Below the pieces are notes generated by a model that saw only the letters and a list, made by a program, of their open reading frames with translations, ran no database searches and had not been told where the DNA came from. A stretch of 60,000 nt of DNA from Malacoraja senta (Eukaryota): the NCBI GenBank assembly GCA_038087875.1, contig CM075989.1, forward strand, positions 9,922,001-9,982,000, in the 5' to 3' direction. This document shows, piece after piece, positions 50,660 through 60,000 of this stretch. Positions within the stretch are counted from its first letter, which is position 1. Each line of letters begins with the position of its first letter. Both the position numbers and the translations under genes were made by a program.

Positions 50660-53318
50660 CTGTAATAAAATTTATTCTCATCAGGATATGATGATTGAAC
50701 AACCCTGCACGTGCTTGCATTAGGACAAACACTATTTTGGCTTGAAATGACCACTGAGAGATTTGAATAATTCATGTTGTCAAAAATACCATATGCATAT
50801 TTTCCTTTAATATAAATGCAGAGCTGGAAAAACAATAAGGTGAAGACCCACTTTTCCTTCCAACTTCATAAGTCATCAGTAGAGTGAAACAGGGAAGGGA
50901 TTGATTATGGATTTGTCGGATTTTATTGTTGCCATATTGGATCCTTCAAAAGCTTTGGGGAATTTAAAAAAAGGACAACAATTATGAAAATCTTGCCAAG
51001 AATTTCAATCAAACTTTGTGGGTGCATATATAAGGGTGCACTGGAATTTCTGGGCACATATATGCATTAAAGGCATAGGTTTAGTTTAGGAGGTAGTGCA
51101 TTCCTTTGACCGTTTATTTTGGGCTTTGGTGTGCTTCCGATAAAAGGTTCTAGATTCTCCAGGGCATCCTGAATGTCCTTTCCCAGTTTTCATAGTATCA
51201 AGGATCAAAGGGTCAAATAATTTGGGGAGAATATTACATTTATTTCCCAAGGTGGCTTTGAGGACATCCTTAAATTCTTTCTTCTGTTCACCATGAAGAC
51301 AATGAAGCAATAATTTTAATATTACATTCCTCACTGAAAATGTTTTTAAAGTACAGGTAAAAGTAGCATTGAAGTTGCTGATATTAAAACTCTTAAGAGT
51401 TCTCAATGTAGAATAATAAGGTATCATGCTTCACAAAAACAATAACAATAATAACAGTAACAACTTAATGTGCAATGGGGATCCAAATGATATGACAACT
51501 GACACAATTTCTATGATTATGTTTGCGAGAAAAACATATTTAAACCATAGCATTACTGTATAAATTATAAATTAATTATTATTGTGCATGCATTGCAAGC
51601 AATGAGCAAAAAATATTTATTGTTTGATATTTTTGAAATCTCTCTCTTCTATCCTGCAGGTGCTGACCAAAGCTGACGTATGTTTGCCCAAGAAAACAGC
51701 GTTTTTTCAATGGGGCTCTTATTCTACCGATAGCGCAACCTCTCAGGATTAAACCTGTGAAGCCAATGCAAAAAACACTTGTATTTCAATCTGTTCAAAT
51801 ACATTTACACAATCAATAGCCATGTCATTTGGAACTTTCCTCTGGTTAGAGTCTGGCACAATAATTATAATATACACTTCATTTTCCTACCTTACACTAA
51901 ATATTAGTTTAAAAATGTTTAAACTAATTTAGTTGATAAAGTGGTAACAAATCAAACATTTCAAGAAGATTGATCTTTGGGAAAATAAATAAATGTTACT
52001 TTTGTGGATCAACAATGAACAAAACTATTTTAACAGGATAACATCAGTTTTCAGGTCTGAAATTATGAGACAAATCCCCAGGAAAGTTCATCTTTATCCT
52101 GTGTATATCAAACATCTTTAGGGACCTCTCACATCTTTACACCTGATCCGTTTTCTTACCTGGTTTGTTCATGTCCATTAATGACAAGACTAATTTCTTG
52201 CCACACCAGCAGGGGGAGGTGGTTGTCCCATCTGCTTGTCCCTGGATAAGTTTCCCAACTGAAGGCTTCGTGCGGAACTAATACTTGGCTTCTTGCCGCT
52301 TTTGAAAGGATGCATTGCACTTTTTAAAAAAAACTAATAAAATCATTTTAATACAGTAGGTGCCAAGTCCTGTCTGGAAGTACCTCATTCAAAAGAAAAA
52401 TTAAATTGACAAAAAGGAATGGTTCTACTTATTTATTCTATTTTTCCATTTATTTTCATTTCTCTTTTTCTTTTCCAGCCAACTAATTCTACATATTCAT
52501 AAATGAATACACTACAGAGGGAGGCTGTCAATCCTTAAAGAGTTTGTTAAAAGCGCAATCCAGTTAGTCCTTTCCTTGGTTATTTCCCCAATTCCTGCAA
52601 TTTTCCTTTCCTACAAGTATTCATCAAAATCCCTTATGAAAGCTAATATTCAGCCAGTTTCCACCACCGTATCACACAGCACATTCCATACCCCAACCAC
52701 TCACCATATAAAAAAGTTTTCCTCATGTTGCCTCTGGTTTTTTGCCAATCACCTTAAATTTGTGCACGCTGGTTATCGACCCACCCGCAACTGAAAGCTC
52801 TTTCCTTATTTTGTGAAAACCTTAGTAACCCTAAATGTCTGGATTAAATCTCTTTAACATTCATGCTTTAAGAAGAACAACTTATATTAATTTAGTGGGA
52901 CAGGTAACATCTATGGGAAGAGAAACATAGGTTAATGACCTTTCACTTGAAATGTAAAATCAGTTTCTCTCTCCATATATGCTGTCTGATTTACTTAATA
53001 GTTCTGGCATTTTGTACTTTTAATCCATCATGTGTAGTGATTTGCTTTTGTGTTTTTATTTAATATTCTAGTTGATTTACATTTATCAATTATTGTTTTA
53101 CTATTACTAATATTTAAGGTGGGAGGGGCAAGACTTAATATGAACCTGAGAGGTAACTTTTTTCCACTCAGAGAGTGATGTGTGTATGGAAGTCGCGGCA
53201 GGGACTATAACATCTTGGTTGGCAGGGACGAGTTGGGCCAAAGTGTCTGTTTCTGTGCTGTATGGCTCTACACCTTTATTATTTATTAATCAGTAGATAC
53301 ACATTGAATTCCACTGAC

Positions 53319-53441
53319 CTTCAGCCCAATTTCAGTTCTGTGTATGGCTGTTTCAAGTGACTGAATATCCAATGTCTTTCCATCAGTTTGTATTGTTATT
53401 TGTGAGAGATTCTCCTTCAGTTCCTTAAGATCTTCTTGAAC
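53319..53441 (-). CDS. IQCH: IQCH coding exon 2 (VQEDLKELKENLSQITIQTDGKTLDIQSLETAIHRTEIGLK)
   Basis: tctctttag| acceptor, |gtcagt donor, 123 nt, phase 0-0. TLDIQSLETAI matches recalled IQCH. Confidence 0.95.
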
Positions 53442-54521
53442 CTAAAGAGAAAAAAGAACAAGCAATCATCAAAATAAATATTATTATCTCTTTCCTTATT
53501 TGATGCCCATTTGTCTCCTTTTCATCTCAAGCCTTTGTCACCTACTTCACCCATCATCACCTGTATCCAACTATCACTTGTCAGGTATTGTCCCACTTCC
53601 TTCCCACCTAGCTCTTTTCCAGCTTTCACCCCCCACAATTAATCTGAAGAAAAGAGCCAACTCTAAATGTCATCTATCCATTTCCCCCACGGATATTGTC
53701 TAACCTGCAGAGGTACTCTAGCACTTTAAGTTTTGCTCAAGATTCCAGCATCTGCAGTTCCCTGTATCTAACTTTTATCTCTTAGCTGGACCTCAGATTG
53801 TACTACCCTTACTTCTTGGTCACAATGTTATGAGTTCAAATTCCACTGCAAACCTTGAGCACAGAAACCTAGCCTACTTTTATTGAATGGAGTGTTGTAC
53901 TGACAGAAATGTATTTTTAAACAAAAACTCTACCTGTATTGGCAGATGGATGTAAAAGATTCAATTATAACATTGTTACCAATAGCATTGGAAAAAAGTT
54001 ACCCCTCAGGTTCATATTAAGTCTTGCCCCTCCCACCTTAAATAAGGGGAGAGTCATCCCTGCTCAACAAATGAGATTATTTGATAGTTATTTGATTGAT
54101 GTTTATGGGATCTTAGCTGTGCACAAATTGGCCACATTGTAAGAACAAATTTACTTCAAAATATTCACTTCAAAGTGCTTTGGAATACTTTCAGATTGTG
54201 AAAGGTGTGAAAGGTGCTATAGAAATCCAAGTGTTTAATTCCATATCTTTATTTCAAGAAATACACCTTTTTGGATGGAACAGTATAACAGCATCCAAAC
54301 TTAACTCGTACTCCCTTGAAATGATGTGTTATTCCAGTATGTGCTTTTAAATGTCTAACCAGTTAACTGTTCGCTGAATATTTTTGCTGATGCTTTCGAT
54401 GCTGGTTATATAATTGCAAAATATACAATTTAATGCCACTCTCTCAAATAACAGAATATTTCCTCCAAGATAATGAAACATTATAAAACAGGTAAATGAT
54501 TTTACTGCAAATAATGCAAAG

Positions 54522-54845
54522 GTGGTCATCAACCTCTGCAGGTGCACAGTAGAGAGCATACTGACTGGCTGCATCGTGGCCTGGTTCGGCAACTTGAAAG
54601 TTCAGGAGCGGAAAAGACTGCAGAAAGTTGTGACCACTGCCCAGTCCATCACCGGTTCTGACCTCCCCACCATCGAAGGGATCAATCGCAGTCACTGCCA
54701 ACATCATCAAAGACCCACACCATCCTGGTCACACACTTATTTCACCTTCGCAATCGGGAAGACGGTACAGGAGCCTGAAATCTGTAACATCCAGGTTCAG
54801 GAACAGCTTCTTCCCCACAGCCATCAGACTATTAAACACGACATC
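54522..54845 (+). mobile_element. Rex1/Babar-type LINE 3' coding fragment
   Basis: Translates RCTVESILTGCIVAWFGN…LQKVVTTAQSITG. Confidence 0.85.
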
Positions 54846-54851
54846 AAATAA

Positions 54852-55035
54852 ACAATAGACAATAGACAATAGGTGCAGGAGTAGGCCATTCGGCCCTTCA
54901 AGCCAGCACCGCCATTCAATGTGATCATGGCTGATCATCCACAATCAGTACCCAGTTCCTGCCTTCTCCCCATATCCCCTGACTCCGCTATCTTTAAGAG
55001 CCCATATCTAGCTCTCTCTTAAAAGTATCTAGAGA
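54852..55035 (-). mobile_element. CR1 LINE 3' end
   Basis: (AATAGAC)n tail and the same 3' UTR as the other CR1 copies. Confidence 0.85.
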
Positions 55036-55491
55036 GGGCGAGTGCAAGGCTGAATGGTAGTCAGTGCGAGCTGGGATACAGGTGGGGAGGGCTTGGGAAA
55101 GTTCAGCTAAGAGAGACCAGCCAGATTGTACTGGGACATAGACAGTGGGGTGGGTAGGGCAGGGAGTTGGGAAGGTTCAGCCGAGAGAGACTGGCCAGGT
55201 TATACTGGGATGTAGATTCACGGAATTGCAGATACTGGTTTACAACAAAAAAAAGGCACAAAGTGCTGGAGTAACTAAGCGGGTCATGCGACAAAGTGCT
55301 GGAGAAACACAGCTGATCACTCCAGCATCTTTTGCGTTGTTTTCAGGTTGTGCTAGGACATGGGCAGTGGGGGTTTGGGAAGACATGGCCGAGAGAGACC
55401 AACCAGGTTGTGCAGCGTCTGGTGCAGAGAGAAGCTGGACGGACTGGCGACCACAGGAACCAACCCCAGAGTGCTGAAGATGTACAAGTAC

Positions 55492-55545
55492 CTGGACCAG
55501 GATGTGCCCCACATCGGTGTGGGCTTTAGTAGCGTGTTTAGCCAT
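55492..55545 (-). CDS. IQCH: IQ motif-containing protein H, coding exon 1 (MAKHATKAHTDVGHILVQ)
   Basis: ATG in good Kozak context (caaacATGG), donor CAG|gtactt, phase 0. Resembles the recalled human N-terminus (...DPVGSILIQ). Confidence 0.85.
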
Positions 55546-56066
55546 GTTTGGGGGGTGCAGCCTCCCGCTGCTCTCACCACCTATCCATCTTTACCCTCAG
55601 TCCAGCTGCGTCCCCATAGCAACCGAACACAACCCCTGCCACCGGGCAAAATAGAGGGGGGGGGGGCGATCTCTCACGCTCTCGGTAATCAGCACACATT
55701 TCACACCTGGACCCCACATCCTGCACATGTATTTTATGAACATGAAATATTTAAGCAGAAAACCTCTGCGATTCATTCAAACGTCTCTTGCGTAACGTAC
55801 AAAGTGCCTAAAATATTTGTCCACCCCCAGCAGCAAGAGTGGTGCATTCCTCCCTCAGACTTTGCCTGGAAGGAAATAATGAATGGTGGCGCAAGGACCT
55901 ACAAATGCTGGAAATAAAGACATCGGTTAAAGAGTGTGTTTTAAAAGATTACAGTCATGTTTATTTAAGGTGATGGTTTTGGCTGCGAAACACAAAGACT
56001 GCGTTTGGGGCCGTTGCTAAGCCGGAGCCCAGGCTGACCCGGCGTTGCCAGGGTGAGAGGTCAAAG
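55546..56066. promoter_or_regulatory. Putative bidirectional promoter and 5' UTRs of IQCH and AAGAB
   Basis: 521 bp between divergent ATGs, CpG-enriched near 55980-56230. X-box-like motifs GTTGCTAAG (56013-56021) and GTTGCCAGGGTGAG (56044-56057). Confidence 0.7.
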
Positions 56067-56133
56067 ATGGAGGCTCCGAGCGTCCTGCTGGTGAGCTGCT
56101 GCCCGGCTTTCGTGGAGGAGACGCTGGTGAGAG
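56067..56133 (+). CDS. AAGAB: Alpha- and gamma-adaptin-binding protein p34, coding exon 1 (MEAPSVLLVSCCPAFVEETLVR)
   Basis: aagATGG start, AG|gtaagc donor at phase 1, CpG-rich context. Resembles the recalled AAGAB N-terminus (PCALVTSC...F...LV), and IQCH/AAGAB are known head-to-head neighbours. Exon 2 was not found in the window. Confidence 0.8.
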
Positions 56134-57696
56134 GTAAGCGAGCGACGGGTCGGGGACTGGATCTTGAGTATGTTCCCCGCCTAGTCCGGGTAATTACATT
56201 TAGCGACTACAACAGGCGTCCCCGCGAGCTCCAGGGAACTGGAGGCCTGAAAACATCGGAGGAGGCCATTAGGCCCATCGTGTGTGTCTGTCTGTGCTTT
56301 CTCATGGTAGAGCCATCCCCTATTTTCTCCGGAGGGCTGCAAGTTGTTTAGTAATTGTAACATTATTCATAAATGTTATAGTATCCAGCTTCTATCTGGA
56401 AACCCCCAGCTAATGGCGTATTTTAAAAATATGAGCCAGCGCCAATCAAGGAAATTATTGTATTAGTTTTTTTTCCCCATTTATGAGGCGTTTACGTTGC
56501 TGGCCAAGCCAGCATTTATTGTCCATCCTTAATTGCTCCCTTTTCTGGCTCTTCCACTTTAAAAGCCAGGTAAGAGGTTCCTCCTCTGCCCCACGAGTTA
56601 TTTTCCCCCCAATCCCTTTTGAAGTTTCTGACTTGTATGGTTTCCATCACCCTTACGCACAAAAAGTCAGTACCACTGTCCAGAAAACAGTGCTGGCATC
56701 TGCTCTGTGGCTTTCATACTTCGCTTTAATTCTGAGTCATTGGCCCTTTAAGCAAGCCCTGCAGAGTGTTGCAGAACAGGTGAGATCTTGGAGTATAAGT
56801 GCATTGTTCCTCCAAAGTAGTGAGTCAGGTGAAAACTGCTGAAGAAAGTGTTTGGCTTCCTTGCTTTCATTGAGGAGGGAGGGCCACAGGGCCTGTTTCC
56901 TTGCTGAGTAGCTCCATAACTCTAAGCACTGATGAGAATGGTTTCCTCCTATTCATCCATTGTAAACCAGTCATTGTTATGTACATCTAAATTAAATCTC
57001 ACAATATTTGCCCTAAGAAGAACAAATATATTTTCAGTTTAGCATTTTGGATGAAATCCCTTGTGTTACAATATTCTGGCTATTTTGTTTTTGCTCCTTC
57101 ATCAACCTGGTGACCAGGTTGATGAAGCATTCTAGTTGTGCCCTAACCAGTGCTTCGGAAAGATTCAACATCAACTCTATACTTTTTTAGGTGCTTTACT
57201 AACCACTCTGTTAATGTACCATGGCACTTTCATGGATTTATGCACATTTGCGCTGACGTCCCTCTGCTTTTGCACCAATTTTAAAACTACTATTTAGTCT
57301 ATACTGACATTACTCATTCTTTCTAGAAAACAAATCATTACATTCTGCTAAATGCTAAATTGTGGATCAATCTGCCCTCTTGGGAACATATGCAACTTGT
57401 TTTGTGAAGAAGACCAGTGTTATACCAGTGTTGCCCTGGCTACTATATATCCCTCATCATCATTGAAACAGATGATGACACAGTGATGACTATCTACAAG
57501 TTACTGATCCAGTAACTATAAGTAGGTTGTTTATTAATGTTTAGAGACCTGGACTATTGATCCAGGGACGGGAATTCAAATACAATTAGATCTTCTTCTA
57601 GATCTTTAGATCTTCAACTAAATTAAAAAGCTAATATCAGTAAAAGTGGTCACAAACCATTGGATTGCTGCAACAATAATAATTAGTTTGCTAATT

Positions 57697-58000
57697 AAGT
57701 GGGGAAGATGCTGGAGTCGATTATTAAAGATGTTATAGCAGTGCATATGGAAAGCAGTGACAGGATCGGTCAAAGTCAGCATGGATTTATGAAGGGGAAT
57801 GCTAATCTTTTGGATTTTTTTTGAGGATGTAACAAGTAGAATGGATAAGTGGATGTGGTATATCTGGACTTTCAAAAAGCCTTTGACAAGGTCCCACACA
57901 AAAGATCAGTGTGCAAAATTAGAGCACATGGTATTGGGGGTAGGGTATTAACTTGGATAGAGAACTGGTTGGCAGACAGGAGGCAAAGAGTGGAATTAAC
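57697..58000 (+). mobile_element. CR1 LINE RT fragment
   Basis: SQHGFMKG and YLDFQKAFDKVPH remnants. Confidence 0.85.
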
Positions 58001-59202
58001 GTGTGTGTGTGACATTTTTATATAGTTATATATTCATATATAAATATGCACTGTTTTGTTTTCTCGTTTATAACATTGTTTACAGAGTACTATGTTTACA
58101 TATTCTGTTGTGCTGCTGCAAGTAAGGATTTCATTGTTCTAACTGGGACGTGAGAGAATAAAACACTCTTGACTTACGTCGCTAATGTGCGGGATAGAAC
58201 TAGTGTACGGCTGATCGGTGGTCGGCGTGGACTCGGTGGGCCAAAGGGCCTGTTTCCACGCTGTATCTTTAAATTACACTAAAACCAGAGGGAGTTTAAA
58301 GAAGGGTCTCTACCCGAAATGTCACCCAATTTCTTCTATCCACAGATGCTGGCTGCTCCATGGAGTTCCCCCGCATAATTAAAGCATGGAATAGTCTTCA
58401 TCCTACCATAGTTACCCAACCAGATGCAACTAAATTTAAGGTAGCTCTTTTTTCCCCAAGAACCCTTTTTTGCTTAAGTCCAAGTCAAGAGTCAAGAGAG
58501 TTTTATTGTCATGTGTCCCAGATAGGACAATGAAATTCCTGCTTGCTGCAGCACAACAGAATATGCATACATAATACAGAACAGGAGATAAACGTTTAAT
58601 GTGTCTATATACCATAGACCATATATATACACAATAAATAAACAGATAAAGTGCAATAGGCTGTTATTGTTCAGAGTTTGGTGGTGGACCAATTCCATTT
58701 GGAATATTTTTGGAGGACCAGGAAACCAAGAAGCAAGAGTTACTCCAGGGAGTTACTCCAGCTCCGGGGAGTGATTCTGCGTTGGTTTTCAGCGGTCGCG
58801 GCGAGGCGGCGACCGGACAGCAATGGCAGCCAGATCTCCCACAATGCAAAGGGAGGGAGAAAGTGCCCAGCGGCGACCAGTTTCCGTGGCAGTGCGCATG
58901 TGCAAGGCGGCCGATGATATGCTGGCCGTGGTTATGCACATGTGCAGGGGGAGGATGTACAGGCCGTGGCAGTGTGCAAGTGCAAGGCAGCCGGCCGTGC
59001 CGGTGGATGAGGAGCGGCCGGAGAGCTGAGACCCGGACACGGATGGTAGTCGGAGAGAGATAGAGAGGGGGGCCCGGTCAGAGTTGAACGACAGGTGTCC
59101 CGGGTCCTTGCCAAGCTGGGCAAAATGGCACGGCTTTTAGGTTGCCCGGCGGGACTTTAGGTGGACATTGGCACCCGGGCAACCGTTAATTTTGAGCCAT
59201 GC

Positions 59203-59634
59203 TGAAAGAATGGGTCGGCTGGGCTTGTATTTGCTGGATATTAGAAGGATGAGAGGGGATCTTTGAGAAACATAAAAGTATTAAGGGATTGGACAGGGTA
59301 AATGCAGGAAAAATGTTCCCAATGTTGGGGGAGTTCAGAATCGGGGGTCACAGTTTAAGATTAAGGGGTAGTCCATTTAGGACTGGGATGAGGAAATACT
59401 TTTTCACCCAGAGAGTTGAGAATTTGTGGAATTCTCTGCCACAGAAGGCAGTGGAGGCCAATTCACTGGATGTTTTCAAGAGAGAGTTAGATTTAGCTCT
59501 TGGGGCTAAGCGAATCAAGGGATATGGGGGAAAAAGCAGGAACGGGGTACTGATTTTGGATGATCTGACATGATCATATTGAATGGCGGTGCTGGATTGT
59601 AGGCCCGACTGCACCTATTTTCTATGTTTCTATG
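59203..59634 (+). mobile_element. CR1 LINE 3' end
   Basis: Encodes GHSLRLRG…FFTQRVENLWNSLPQ, with a (TTTCTATG)n tail. Confidence 0.9.
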
Positions 59635-60000
59635 CTACTTTCCTTCTGACTCAAGCCTGACCTCATCTGGCCTCACTGTGCCTGCAAGCCCACTAATGTG
59701 GTTGATATTTTGTTGATTAAGTTACTGGACAAGCAGCCAAAGATCTAGTCCAATGAAGAAGAGACTTTATTTCAAACCCTGCCATGGCAATTGGGTATTT
59801 TAATTTGAGTAATTAAATAAGCCTGGAATTTAAGGGGAAAAAATGGCCCTGATAACATTAATCATAATCGTAATTTATTAGCCAGGTATGTTTTGCAATA
59901 TATGAGGAATTTGGTTTGACATGCAGTCATATCAAAAAAGCAACAAGACACACAACTACAACATTTTTTAACATAAACATCCACCTCAGTGGCTCCTCCA

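Noticed and set aside
55360..55917. 185-aa plus-strand ORF
   Set aside because: It is antisense to IQCH exon 1 and runs over the promoter, starts at GTG and shows no recognisable motif.

Overview
Vertebrate nuclear DNA, most likely a cartilaginous fish (skate or ray, inferred from the repeat families). The minus strand carries the 5' part of IQCH as 14 coding exons (ATG at 55545 down to 3198). All exons have GT-AG boundaries and consistent phases, and they total 2328 nt = 776 codons; the gene continues past the left edge. Head-to-head with it, 521 bp away, is coding exon 1 of AAGAB on the plus strand (56067-56133). The introns are filled with CR1, Rex1/Babar and L2 LINE pieces, Penelope-like elements, tRNA-derived SINEs, two Harbinger-type MITEs, two non-autonomous Helitrons and an internally deleted HERO-type (R2 superfamily) retroelement. 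The most unusual signal is in the 3' UTR of that HERO-type element: a complete hammerhead ribozyme core whose three strands are in non-circularly permuted (pseudoknotted) order, in the sense orientation of the IQCH pre-mRNA. Degenerate minimal hammerhead cores also recur in Penelope-derived modules, one of them flanked by its own 12-bp target-site duplication. Gene and repeat family identities come from recalled sequence features, not from database searches.
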